Shown here: positions 23,769-37,400 of the stretch, piece by piece
How the letters are laid out: every line of letters begins with the position of its first letter
Position numbering within the stretch: position 1 is the first letter of the stretch
DNA from: Utricularia gibba
Lineage: Eukaryota > Plantae > Magnoliophyta
Reading direction: 5' to 3'
Length of the DNA stretch: 64,000 bases
NCBI GenBank assembly: GCA_002189035.1
Contig: NEEC01000011.1
Coordinates: 1,178,001-1,242,000 of the forward strand
The notes under the pieces: model-generated
What the model was told of the DNA's origin: nothing
The model's database searches: none
Seen by the model: the letters and a program-made list of their open reading frames with translations, nothing else
Position numbers and translations under genes: made by a program

Positions 23769-26371
23769 CTATGAGTCCTCAAAGTCACCAGAGTTCTCCA
23801 GCAGGTAGTTCACAGCCAGCTCCTCATTCCGCTCGCATGCTAAGAAAGCCTCGATCACGAGGGCTCTGTCGAAACCCATAGCTTCCATCTTCACACACCC
23901 AGAGGACATAAACATGAAACTTAGGAAGAGTGGGGAACAGAGCAAACAAACTATTAAGGAGAATGATTTTAAGTACCCTTTCGATGGCTTCCTGCTCTGC
24001 TGGTGTGACACTAACGGCATGAGGCATTTCGGCCTCACCCTGCTCGAATATATCACTGTGGAAAGGTAAAGGTAAATGGCAAGGCCCTTTCTGAAAGTGG
24101 AAAACGGAATGCACCTACCCTTCAGGGCCATCAATGGGTTCGTTGATTAACTGGAGAAACTCCTGATGATTTTCTTGTATGAGTCTAAGAAGTGATGGAT
24201 TCTGCTTCCCAAGCTCCTGAAGCATGGGCTGCAACCAAAATACATAATTAGTTGACAACGGAAAAAAGTGTATGTTACCTACGGCATGAATAAAAGAAGC
24301 TAACTAATAACTTATATTTCACCTGTAGAATTTGTGGGTTAGTATGGACCAGGGAACGCAGCGTTTGGAACTGCATCAAAAGGAAACATTTTCAGATACA
24401 TTCTTCCACACGAAAACCAATATTCAGAGAATGAAATGTAAGCATATTTGCATTTTCACCTGTGGGTTGTTCCTGAGAAAGTCAAGCGATCCAATGCCAG
24501 TGCCACCGGTGGCACCAGACACAGTCTCCTGGGGGTAGTAAAATAAGCATATTAGCAACAGCAGCAAGGGCATACAAACAAATCATCAAGATAGATGGTG
24601 AAAAACCCGAGGAAACAAATTCAGTGGAGATGTGTTTGGTGCTCCTGAAGCAAGTGAACTAGGATCTGCAGGATCAACGGATGGTTGGGATAATGGAACT
24701 AAAATTTCTGTACTTTCAGGAATCCCCTAGCACATAATAGAAGGATAAAAGGTCAATTTCATTAGCTAATCACAAATTGGAGAAAGTAAGATGAATCATA
24801 CTGAATATAAATAGTCAACAGCTCGCTCTGGATTGTTATATGCAGCTCGAAGAGCACAGATCACAGTCTCCCTGCTCCAGCTGCCACCACCCATATCAAT
24901 TAGTTGCTTAATCGTTGCCTCAATATTTTCACCACCGGCAACCATATTGGAGGCAGCATCCACATATGAAGGTGGGGGTTCACTGGTAAGAGGTTGTAAT
25001 GAGATTACCACAGGACCTACTTAAAACTCAGAATAAAGCATGAATACTGTAAAGCAAACTACATACTTAGCAATGGCAGCGGAATCTTGTGATCCACTAC
25101 TCTTAGGTAGCCTTTAATAATCAAAAGATCATATACACATTAGCAATTTATGTAATTTGGGCATCAAGTAAGATTTACAACTCACGTAGAAACTGGCTGA
25201 TCTTCAGCTGCAACAGGATTAGATGGTGTTGCAGCAGGAGCGGGCTGTCATACAAGAGATGTTATGACACATGAGTATGAAAAATTCAATAACATGTGTG
25301 CATATAGCATCGCACCTGGGATGAACTTGACCACTCGACGCCAAGCTTTTGCTCTACAATTAAAAAACCATGCTTATGAGCAACATATCAATATTGAAGC
25401 ACCTTTAAAATATAAGAGGCACAAACAGTGGGAACATGATTTTATAACAAGGGGAATTTTTGATTATGGAATAGAAAAAATTATACAAAAGTTGCAAGGG
25501 AGAACAAAAAAGTCCGTTTATTGGATAACACTGCACACAAATTTCAAAGAATAGTATGCACGAGATAGAAGGCACCTTGCTTAGCATGACAACAAGAAAT
25601 CCATCTTCAGAGACCTTGTTCTCAGCCAAAGTGCTGCCATCTTTCAACACTTTCCCATTATGGATTAATAATTGCTGACCACATGGATAGCTACCTTTTC
25701 CTTGCGCATCTTCTATGCTTTTCTTTACAGCCATTATCTAGTATCACAAAACATTCAAATTTACATCGGTTACGACAAACCATATCAACAGTATCCTAAA
25801 TCTCAACCTCGAATTCCTTCACACAACACACAGCCTACAAATCCATGAAGCGGTAAGATCACACACAATCTTTCCATTTTGTGTAAAAGAAGAAAGTGTG
25901 ATTAATTACATTGAATACCAAGACTAGGAAACAATTGACATTTTAAGTTCGCAAAACCCATAACTTTAGCTCAATAACACGTGAGAATCAACAAAACGCA
26001 TCAGACAAACTAGTGTTGTCTACATACGAAAAAAAGTCTTCACTCATTGGTCAACCTCACACCATTTATTGCCCTAAACCCATTACCTTAGCTCAATAAC
26101 ACGTAAGGATCACTAAAACAAGCATACAGTATCCAAAAAAAGAGAGGGAATTCGAATCCTCCCGACAAGGAACAAAAATACCTTGGAAACCAAAACACAA
26201 ACCCATCACGCCAAATGATTCCATCAGAACTACCCATTGTAGACATTGAGAAAAAAGAGCCGAAAAAGTGAAATAATCCAGACACCGGAAGGAGAATGGC
26301 ATTACCGTGTCATTCGGCTGGACTGTGATTTGGAATTGGCTACCCTTCAGGGTCTTCACTGTAAGTTTCAT
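23769..26371 (-). CDS. RAD23: Ubiquitin receptor RAD23 (UBL-UBA1-STI1/XPC-binding-UBA2)
   Basis: Exons (-): 26371-26306, 25737-25576, 25353-25316, 25244-25186, 25111-25067, 24982-24802, 24726-24607, 24528-24460, 24370-24323, 24228-24119, 24055-23977, 23888-23769; all introns GT-AG. Motifs [55 protein letters not shown] and [31 protein letters not shown]. Exon 3 is 38 nt, one base short of phase. Confidence 0.95.
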
Positions 26372-27783
26372 TTCAATAAAATTAGAAAACACTCCACAAG
26401 ATCCGAACTTTGCTACAGAAAATGTCTAGGAATTGTGAGTGCAAAAAAGCAGTTAGACACAGATCTCTCTCAGAACTCGAAAAACTTGAAGAAGAAACAT
26501 GACCGCTGGGTTGTCGCCTTTATTACCAACACTCACGTTGGGCCTGCATCTTCATAGGATCTTGCCCAACAACCAATCGGAAGGAATTCAGCCCACCTCA
26601 TTCTTAATCCCTGTCCACGTCTATGCTTAGGATATTATTTGTTCATTTATTTATTTATATATTATTTATGATCCTCACTCGTGAGAGAAACTCCATATGC
26701 CATGGTGATGATGTCCCCTAAGCAATGATTTCAAATCTTTTATTAACCCTAAATCGATAGATAAAAAAGTGATCGTCTAATTTAGTAATATGATTCTTGA
26801 TTTAGATTTGGAGTGCGCCTAAAACACCTAATAAATACCCAGATGCATTTGTACATAAGAATCCTTTTAAGATATATGCAAATATGGTAAATATAAAATT
26901 AGACATTAATTACCATAAATTAAAAGACTAAAAATTTGTATAAATACAATAGTCTTTGTAAGTAATTAATGAAGTAAGTTTTCCAATTTTTTTTATTTCT
27001 CAATATGATTTAGAAGTATTAAAAATTCTCTTTCAATTTCTTACTTTTCTCTCCTCTTCTCCATGGTATTAAAAGGAGTGCTCGGCTCATCTCCCTTGAT
27101 TTTGAATTATTTGAAGCAGCAAAAACTATGTTGGTTGGTTGAAAATGCTTTGTCTTACTTTGGATGGATTGATATTCCTGACCATATTATAGATATGAGG
27201 AATTGTCCTTTGTTCTTAAGAAATTATATGATCAAGATGAATATTGCTTTGTACTTACTTTTTGGTATATGACTTCTAAGGCAGCGCATGAATGACAAAA
27301 AATGGATTTTCTTATTATGGCATTGGTTCTCGATTATATGGATTCAAGTTGAATATTGGTTTGATGCCTATGCAAGCTCCAAATCTTTTTATCTTTAGAG
27401 TGAGTTATATCAACTCACACTGGGCTTAGGCTCTATAATTGTCTATTACACTATATTAAAGTAGATTTGAAGTGAACTAGAATTTTTACGTCCACTATCA
27501 ACACCAACTAGCAACATAGGGAAGTAATTTCAACGAAGGAGGATAATGATGGAATGCAACATTTCCTTTTTGGTCTATATAATTTCTATGATCCACTTTG
27601 GATTCAAATTATTGGAATTGACACATTTATAATTGATGATGTCTATCACATGGTTGCTTATGGTTGAACATCACCATCCCAACGATGTCTCTATTGTTGA
27701 TCCAACTTTGGATCCTATCAGAGCTCTTTACATTGCTTCTACGATTACACATGTACATAAGCTTTCACTAAATCATGGTTTTC

Positions 27784-28949
27784 TGTTAAGTATCATTTTC
27801 TTACTATCTTTTAGATTGTTTTTATATCTAAATGTAATTAAACTTGTTTAGTTAGAAGTTCATAATATAAAATTTAGGTTTTTATCTAGTTTAGGATAAT
27901 TTTCCTAAATCTTATATTTTATTTAATATTTTTGTTAGTTTTATTTAAGTTTTTCTAGAGGTGCACACGGAGTAGAAAGTGTGAGAAAGAAGACAGCAAA
28001 TGATGACAAAATATATTTTTTCGAGTTGACATCTCTTTGATTTCTAGAAGACTGCAGACGCCTAATGATGAGCCTTGACGTGTGGTACACGAGAGTATCT
28101 GACAAATGAAATCATTAGCGTACCAATGCCAAAGCAGACGTTTTATTGCAAGTCAATCCAGTAGAACCACAAGGACACGAAAACTTAGATAAAGTAGTTC
28201 AGTTTAGTTCAGTTTGGATAGCTGAGAATTCACTTTTCAAGTTTTAGTTTTATACTTAGTTTATCTCTTTAGAGGATTTTACTCTAGCTTCTCTCTAAAA
28301 CCTTGTTTTCATTTCCTTAGTTTGTATGGCCATTCGGGGTAAGAAACTCCCGTTTCTGGATTGGGATACTCTCAGATCTATATTTCGTTAGTTTATCTTT
28401 ATCTCTTCTTTGAATCCAAATGGGTTTTATATGTCTTCGCGCAACTATGTTACAATCTTTCGATAATAGTTTCATTATTCAAGATTCATGGTTAGCTGAT
28501 CACTAATACCTGCGAGTTTTGAAGAGGAGCAAGGTTGAGAGCACCAACTCATGCCGTTTTGGCAGGAGGGAGACAACCTTTTGTCTATGGCCGTACTTCA
28601 AGATCAATGGACAGATAATGACCTCGTATCTGGACTCATTGGATCATTGAAAACACTTGTGCACATGTGCGCAATTCAATCGTGAGGATACGTTGGCAGA
28701 ACCTCTTATCTTCACGTTTGTCTAAGGAGGAGCAACATCGGGCTATTCCAGTGCCTTTTTGCAAGAGAGTGTAAAGGAATGTAGGTAATTGCTTACTCCT
28801 ATAACCGAGTATTTGAATCATGACAGTTGTATTCAATGTAACCTCACATTTCACTAAAAAAAAACTCTGTGTTCGACACCCGTACTATGCTTTTATGTTT
28901 TACGAGTTTTAAAAATATTTAAAACTTTTTATGAAAACGACACGCATCA
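27784..28949 (+). mobile_element. Solo LTR (1166 bp)
   Basis: TGTTAAGTATCATTT...AAACGACACGCATCA (degenerate inverted termini). Exact TSD TTTTC (27779-27783 and 28950-28954). The GTTCGACACCC motif near the 3' end resembles 13163-13182. Confidence 0.75.
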
Positions 28950-29724
28950 TTTTCCAATCAAGCATAAATAGTTTTTGTGTAGGAATTCCATCAATATGGC
29001 TGTAGACATTGAGTTCACTTTTGTTCAGTAGCAGTAAACTCTTTCCGATGGCTAAGTGGTTGAACATTATAGCTGCTAGATGAATTCTGTTGCATGAGTT
29101 TTGTAGACCTTTCGGATACCTGTGAGCATGTTTTTATCTTTTTATTTTACGAGAGCATGTGTATGACTAGAGGAATCTAAGGAGTGTAATCTAGATTGTT
29201 TTTTTTATGAATTGTTGAACTTCATGGTCATTGCGGAACAAGTTGCCAACCACAAAAAAAAAAAGAAGAGAGGTGTATGAAGGAGCCTAACGTAGTGGAA
29301 GGGTCAGCAGGGATAGACTAATCCGGAGGAGTATGAAGGAGCCTAACGTTATAAGGTGTGAGTGCTTAGCCAACACTCTGATATGGAAAAGGCATTGACT
29401 ATGTACCCGGATTACTCTGGAACAAGCTGCTCCTTCACTGCCCAAAGAAAAAAAAAAGAAGAGAAAAAAAATGGGTTGGCAATCGTGGTCTTAAGTGACC
29501 TTGGAGGGATCGATTCTATGAGGTATGATCTTCGAAAACACTCCTCAAGAGGAATCTACTCATGCATATTTGAGTGATGAAATGACATGCACACTTGCAC
29601 TTCTGTAGCTCATGCACCGAAATTTACTCTTAGTTTTATGTTCATCCATGATGCTGAAGGAACCAGTTCTCTGCTAGTCTTAGGTAGGACTTGGGGACAA
29701 GTCTAATATCGTTTTAGCATAGTG

Positions 29725-30450
29725 TGATAGCACACAAATTTTCATGTTTTTAGGATATGAAAATCATAAATTTTTAATTATGTTTAAGTGTTTATTTTAT
29801 ATTTTTAAGTGTTTTTATGTAATTTAGGAAAATGTAATTTTTGGTGTGATTAGTGGGCTAAATCAAAGGATTTAGCCCACCCCATGCCTAAACTGATTTT
29901 GGAATCTAGCAGCAATCCAAGAATCAAGGAAAAATCTGGATTTCGTGCAAGTCACCAGGGTGTAGGGGGCAATGAGTACACTGTCACGATGATAGTCTGC
30001 AAGTCAAGGCCAGGAGTAGCAGATTTTTCAGAGAATGTACTTGCCTTGGGCAGTGGGAGGCGAGAGAAAGAGGAGAAGGAGAGAGTTGCAAAAAGGGGAG
30101 TTCACCTAGAATTTTCAGAACACACACGAGGGGGTTTCTCCCCAACACGAACACGAAGAATACTGAAGGAGAAGGAGGAAGAAAAGCGATATTTTTCTCT
30201 GGAGAAGAACCTCCAACTTAAAGGAAGAAGATCAAGACCCAGTTCAGCGTTACTGTTCTGGACTGCGAACAGTAGCAGACGGAAACCAGAACTCTACTGC
30301 TTTCTTTTAGTTTGTTGATGTCTTTAGTTTCTGCACCAAACTTCTGCACAATGTTCTTAACATTTTCGTTGTTTTATGTTAATGACATCACTTTTTACCG
30401 TCAAAGCAAGAGTAGCTAAACCCTAGGAGTGACTTAAGGTGAAACATGGT
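29725..30450 (+). mobile_element. Family X LTR copy 4, 3'-truncated
   Basis: Starts TGATAGCACACAAATTTTCATGTTTTTAGGATA and is collinear with the reverse complement of 13855-14585. Homology stops near 30450; no TSD found. Confidence 0.85.
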
Positions 30451-30451
30451 G

Positions 30452-30861
30452 CATCCTAACTTCAATAAAGGCATCACGATTTTCGTTGATAGGACCCTAT
30501 TGGGCTTAGGAGCAAGACTGAACCTTGGGCCCGGACAAAGCTCCCAACGACAGCACCTGCCCTAAAACGGCAAGTTGTAGCTTGAAAAACGATGTAGGCA
30601 GCCGCCGACAACCCAATGTTAATAAATGCATCACTTTTTTTGTCGGGCTACAGCTGACTTGGGGCCCAAGCTCGACCTGATTTCGGACCCGATCCCGGTG
30701 CCCCCCTAGAGCGCCTCCTCATATATAAAGCATGTTGTTGAGAAAACCATTTGGGGGTGCTCATGACATTCTAACTTCAGTAAATGCATCACGATTTTCG
30801 TCAAGTAGGATCCGATTGGGCTCAGGAGTCACACCGAACCTTGGGCCCGGACGAAGTTCCC
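30452..30861. repeat. Degenerate tandem repeat, ~157-bp period (3 units)
   Basis: 30452-30545 and 30767-30861 align closely (CTAACTTCA.TAAA.GCATCACGATTTTCGT...AACCTTGGGCCCGGAC). A more diverged unit lies at about 30618-30680. Confidence 0.7.
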
Positions 30862-31889
30862 CTTGGCAATCTCTATCTCGTCAACTCTATCTTACCCTTT
30901 CGGTGTTCATCATGAGGAGAACTACTAAGATATATGTAAATATGATAAGTTTACAATTAAGCTTTAGTTACAATAGATTAGAGGGATAAAAATTTGTATA
31001 AAAAATAATAGTCTTTTTTAATAATTAATAAATAAAATTTTCCAAATTTCTATTGCAAATCATGTCCAGAGCCCAATAGATATGAATTATGAATGTCAAG
31101 TCTCAACCAATATCAAAACATAAGGTTTCTTAACTCTTCTAATACATATGAAAACAAGATACGATAAATTACAAATATATTGTAACACAACCTTTATAGA
31201 CATATGAAGAGTTAGAGCTAGTCCAGGAGCATGATTGACTTATATATTGTGTTTCACTAAAGTGTTTTCAAAATCCAGGATTGGTACTTGTTTTATAGAA
31301 AAGTTACAATCTAAGCAATAATTCAAAGATTATTATGTGATGAAAGATATTGAATGGAAGTTTACGAAAAATAATGAGTGACAATTGATTTTGATTTGTA
31401 AATTCAAGGGTTGTTCTTGGAAAATTGTTCTTAAAAGGAAAGACCATTGTTGTTGGCTTGCTGAAGAGGTCTCTAATCATTGTGATGAGTGTGTGTCTCA
31501 ATCAAATAATAGATCAATAAGAATACAATGGATTGGAAAAAAATATTTTCAAAACTTATGAACCAATCAAATTATTTGCTGAAAACTTTTTGTATGACAT
31601 TAAAATAGATCTCACTCTCCAATGTGAACCTCACACAATAAAAAGATATAAGTATTATCCGTGGAAGTTAGGTGCAGTTTTTGAGGTTTTAGAATTTTTT
31701 AAATTATGTTTTTACGTGACCCAATATAAGCAGTCAAATCTTGGAGCAGTGGCTGAAATCTTGGAGTGATGGGTTATTCTATTGATTGATTAATATTTGC
31801 AGGAGTTTACTTTTGTCCAAAGGTTTTTTTTTTTGTAATAGACTAAAAATATAGATTGGTTTTATTCAAAATTTGTTGTTCACAAATTA

Positions 31890-33190
31890 CTTCAATATAT
31901 ATTAAGGGAGAGGAAAGTAATTGGGGTTGATAGATCGCACTTGTTGTCTAATATACAAGGAAAGTTGCTAGTGGCCACCACATTTGACCCAAACAATGGA
32001 GTTTTTCCCTTGACATGGTGGATAATCAGAGGGGAGATATAGAATAGATGGAAGTGATCTTTTCGATTGTTCATCAAAGATTATGATATAACTAATGAGA
32101 ACTCATCAACACTCACAATAATCTATAATCAACGAACATAAATTATTCCTGCTATTTACCAAGTAATGCCAAGAATGCATGTAAAGTTTTTTGTTTTAAA
32201 TAATTATTAGGGGATATATTTGGTTTTTCATAACATATATCTTTGTGGAATAAAGTTCATTATTGTGTATTTCATTTGCTAAAAAGCATGAGAAGATATG
32301 TGAAGGTTGAAATATCTAATAGAGTTCGAAAACTAGTATGGAATACAACACGATCAACAACTCAAGTAGAATTCAAGGAAGTAATAAGTTAGAGGGAATT
32401 TGACCTAATGATCATACTTATCTTTCAACACTAAACCCCAAGCATTAAGCATGAGCATATTTTTAGAGGAGCAACAATTGTTCTCTGCTTACAAATAATA
32501 ATTCGAAATCTCTGAACTCTATATTAAAGGAAGTGCATGGCTTACCCTTCATCAACATGTTGAACAATATCAACCCTACATTTGTAGAGTGGTTTATTGA
32601 GAGGAGGCAAGGATCACATAAGTGGCCTGGATGATTTGGGGATTGAATTTGATGCAATTTTAGCAAGAAATGTTGCAACTGGAAGAGATGGGTGGATAGA
32701 AATAGATGATTGAGATAACTTCAGATGGTCCCATGCCAATGACATCGTGATATTGAGACTCAAAAACTATTCATGTGATTCCAGAAAAAGACAAATCTCA
32801 TATTTGATTCTTTTTTTATCAGTTTTTCCATCTTCTTTGAAATTTTATTATCTATTATTCTTTCACATCCTAGATATACCATGTAAGCATGCATGTTAGA
32901 CTATTTTTCACTTACAAGGAACATTATCAGAGTTCATGCATCCTTATTTCTTCAAAGTCAATTATGTAGCAATGTATGATGGTAATATTTATTGGTTACC
33001 ATATGCCAAGCATTGGCCTCTAGATGATCAACCATTGCTACCGCCACTTTGGAAGTATAGGAAGCTAAGATGTCCAGCTAAAAAACAAGCTTCATGGATG
33101 AAAAGTGTGTTTTGCAATGATTGTGATGAGAAAGGGCATAATTGTAGTAAATGCCCCAACAAAAAAAAGACGACAATACTAATGATGTTA
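31890..33190 (+). mobile_element. Degraded Mutator (MuDR/MULE) transposase
   Basis: GVDRSHL..GKLLVATTFDPNNGVFPLTW (MULE DDE N-part, about 31925-32020), RKLVWNTTRSTTQVEF, SWIM-like IPCKHAC (about 32875), HPYFFKVNYVAMYDGNI, PLLPPLWK and knuckle CNDCDEKGHNCSKC. Stops and frameshifts throughout; no TIRs found. Confidence 0.8.
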
Positions 33191-33588
33191 AATGATTTTA
33201 CTAAGGAATCATGCAACATTGATCAATTAGTGAACGATGGATCTTGTCGACAGCAAGGAAAGTGAAGGAATTGACATGAACCATATGTATCTAAATAAAT
33301 GATTACTTAATTTTAGTCATTAATGTTCATTCTTGTACAATCATGAACAAGTAGAATAACCAAAACAAAATACAATCAAATGACGAGCCACCAAGCCCCC
33401 AAAGAAATCCAATGTCACCTTTCATTATAATTATGTTAAAGGGAGGGTTGTAAATATGAACAATGAGAATAAGCAAGATGTATAGATTGAACAAGGCAAA
33501 ATGTTAAAATTGAAAACTGCATGGATGGAGCAAATCACACCACATTTAAGAGTATATGGTTGTTTGTGGGTGATATTGTTTGCTCTGT

Positions 33589-34494
33589 TGATAAATTGTA
33601 ATTTTAGGAATGTCGTTGCAATAAAGCAAATTTCCGTATCAAATAAATTTATAAGCCCTAATCTACATAAAATTAAAATTTAGAAAACTTATATAGTGGA
33701 TTTTGGGGTCGATCACAAGGAGCTTGTGCTTGTCATGTGTTTCAGCAAATGTAGAATTCGGAACAACAGTGGTCTTAGTCTAAGCTCGAACTAGCAGTGG
33801 CAAGTAAGTTCTGTAAACAAAATTATGTTTCAATGCAAAAGGTAACAAGTACTGGTTCTAACTCAGAATAATACATAGATGCCTTAAGGGTTTGCAGGTG
33901 GTATAAGCTGCAATGCCTAATTTAATTTACCATGTTCCTACACTCACAACTTCAAATAACCTAAGTCTACTCAAGTCATTCATCATATTTTTGGCTAAGC
34001 TAGTCCTTAATATCATCACCAACATTACAATTAGGTCTTCTCCCTTCTGGTCGGTGTTCTTCGTGTTGGGGAGAAGCCCCTCGAGCACTCTGCGTTCGTG
34101 TCCATTTTTTTTTCACTCTACCCCCTTTTTCGAAAAACATCTCCCTCATTTACTCCATTGCACTGTTCCTAACACCAGCACTGTTTCCAGCCTGAACTTG
34201 CAGACTGCTGGCAGTAGAACAATGCTATTTGTCTCTCTTCGGCTGCTATGCCCTTTTCTACTCGTTCCACACATTTGTGAGTCTGATTTTGTTGCTAATC
34301 TCTCTGCTGAACTCAGTCAAACATTAGCACAAAGATGGTGGACTAAATCGAAGGATTTAGTCCATTTTTCAACATAAACATACAAAATTAATATAAACAC
34401 CCCATAAACATGAAAAATTACATTTACATAACCTAAAGCACAATAAAATATAACTATTTTATATTATAAAATTCAGAGAAAATGTGTGTTATCA
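33589..34494 (-). mobile_element. Solo LTR, family X copy 5 (906 bp, internally deleted)
   Basis: TG at 33589 and TGTGTGTTATCA ending 34494. Exact TSD TCTGT (33584-33588 and 34495-34499). Homologous to 13190-14585. Confidence 0.9.
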
Positions 34495-37400
34495 TCTGTC
34501 ATAAAGTAAGTAATGAGAAATAGTATATGGCTGTTTGAAGTCAAGGATATGTGGAGTAGTTATTCTTGATGTGTTGTGGTTTGAGAATGCATTGGAGTGC
34601 AATTTTCAACATAAACTAATGTTGAATTGGCTTTAAAGAAATGAAGCATGGAATAAGAACTGCATATTTATTCCAACATGTATGAAGTAAGGCTTACGAT
34701 TTAGCCATATTCTGTCATTTGGGATGCAAATAAAATTGGTGTGATCTTATGCTTTATTTATTGCACTTAGACTATTAAAAGGAGAGTGAAGCTGCCATTC
34801 ACATGTAGTTCTTGGTTAGGATGATCCTAAATGACATATAGCTTGAATATCTAATTAGTTTCACTTAGGTTGCTTTCTGTGATCCTCATTGCAAATTGGA
34901 AAATTGAGGATGCTTTAGAGGTTCTGATCAATTGGTCTTTGGTGAGTAACATACAATGATGTTGTTTTGGTTCCTAATATAAATGTTATTGTTGTGTTGA
35001 TTTTAACAAGTGACTTAACAAGAGGGGGGTTTGAGCATGGGATTTATAATTTGATGTATTTCAACTTTCATAGCAGAGAAATTGAAGGAAGAGAGACTAG
35101 ATGGTTACCCTCACTTTGTAAGTAATGACTTCTCATAAGTATGTTTAGGATCATTTCATATCATCTAGTAATTTGACTCTTATTTTGTAAATTGTTCTCG
35201 CGGCCGAAATGCGGTAGTGTGAAGGTGGAGTACGATGGGGTTTGTGGTAGGCTGCAAAATAAATGGACAGTGAATGCTCGTCCGAAGGGCGGAATGGTTT
35301 ACAGATGATGAAATTCGAAAGTTTGCATAGGATATGCAAATTCCACACCATAGCGGCAAGATTTCAGATGTGGGAACACAATAGAGTGAAGAATGGAATC
35401 GTATCTTTAAGTCATTAACACTGCAATTTCATTTTTGGGAACATATAAAACATAGACCTCTTTTGTTCAAGTGATATATATGTTAGTAGCAGCAAAAGCT
35501 CATGACTTGAATAAGCTATAATCAACACATATCCTAATATGGAAGTAAGCATTACAATGTGAAAGTTAAGTCAATAAAAACTTTATAGTGGTATCTTAAT
35601 CATAATAATAATTGTCAATATACTCATACAAATAGAATATTATTGAACAAATCGAACAATATTTGAATACAAAAAAAGGGGCACAACATGATGAAAAACA
35701 AGATTTGATATTCATCAACATCAATATCAAAATAAATTGACAATAGAATTCTCAATGGACGTTGCGTGATTTAGAACAAAATGAAATGTGGGTCAATATA
35801 GAACAAAACGCATATGATGGTTGGGTCAAAACAGCCAAAAAAAAGTAACCATAGTACCTCTATCTATAAGAACATTAGGGCCAAAATCTCATAAATGAAA
35901 ATGTGAATTGGGTCAAAATAGTTTTAAATAAAATTCATTAGATTAAAAAATTATAGATAAATAATTGTTGGATCAAAAGTGTAGAGCACACGGGTCAATA
36001 TAACTGGATCAAGAAAATAATGTGTTATACAAATTAGACCGATTCAAAATATGTGGGTCCAAATTGACAATCTAAATAAACAATGAAATTAAAACTACCA
36101 CCACCCCAGAAAGCAACCAACAAGGATACATATACTTTATATGATAATTATTAGAGCTGATTTACCAAGGACATTAAATATTTTAAACTCATTGTGTGAT
36201 TAAAAAGCAACAAAATAAATATTATTTCAAGAATCATATATCCAAGATAACAAGGAAATCGTATAAGTATATAATTATATTTGTTTTGCAAAAATATATG
36301 AAAGTTGGTTATTATTTCAAACAATAATATTTATCTCAACTATCTTATTCTGTTATTGCATAACATCTTTTTCTTACAGTTAAAACAAACAAGGTATGGC
36401 TCATCTTACTCTCCTACTATATCCTTTACTTATCTTCTTTTGCAACTTTACATCTTGATGTATCCCTTAGTCCTTTCTCACTAGTAATTATTTAGCTACA
36501 TGAGTCATAAACCATTCTACCTAAAAGTTGGTATGTAGATTTGCCTATAAATTATACTGGCAACACCACTATTAGTTGTTTTTAGTATCTCACATATTGG
36601 TGTTGTAATTGTACTTTTACTCGTATTGTACATAAAGCAAAATCATTTGGACAAACATATTGTTTTGTTATATATACCACATCCCTAATCTCTCATGTAG
36701 GTAAATCACTTCACAATTGGCAAATCATTTATTGTTTTTTTAATAAATCCGCATGGATCCATCTAGAGTCATTAATGAAAACCTTGATATTGCGAGTTTT
36801 CTAAATCTTGTTTTATAAAAGAAATCCTTTGAGATTTGTACAGTTCCTATCCACGAAATCAAGTGACATGTTAGGTTTCATTAGTCATATCAAGGCTTAA
36901 CTTCAAATCATGATCCACTAAACCAACCCCTCATATTGATTGTGCTATTCCACCAGAGTATCCAACTGCTACGTATTTGATCAAATGCTTTAACACGGCC
37001 TTTTAAAAACATATTTCTCAAGTTGGATTTGGTGTAATAAACATTTATTCATTTGGTTTTGTTCACAAAATAGGGAATTGGGGACGACCAAAGCATTTAC
37101 AGTGATATAATTATGTTGTAATAATATGTGAGATTCACAAGAATTAATTGCATTGCATTGAAGGGAGAGACTTGAGAACTGAACTATACTATTTGGATGC
37201 ATATGATGGTGACACCGTGTGCTTTCCATTTTATGCTTCATGGGATGACGATGATCCCGGCACACCGTTTTTCATTTGCATTTTTCTAATCGGGCGACTT
37301 TTCCAAAAGACAACACATGCTGAAAACACCAGTCGGAGGACACATGGTTTGAAGCATCCGGTAACTTCACAGCTATGGAGCCCGCGGGACCCACGACCCT

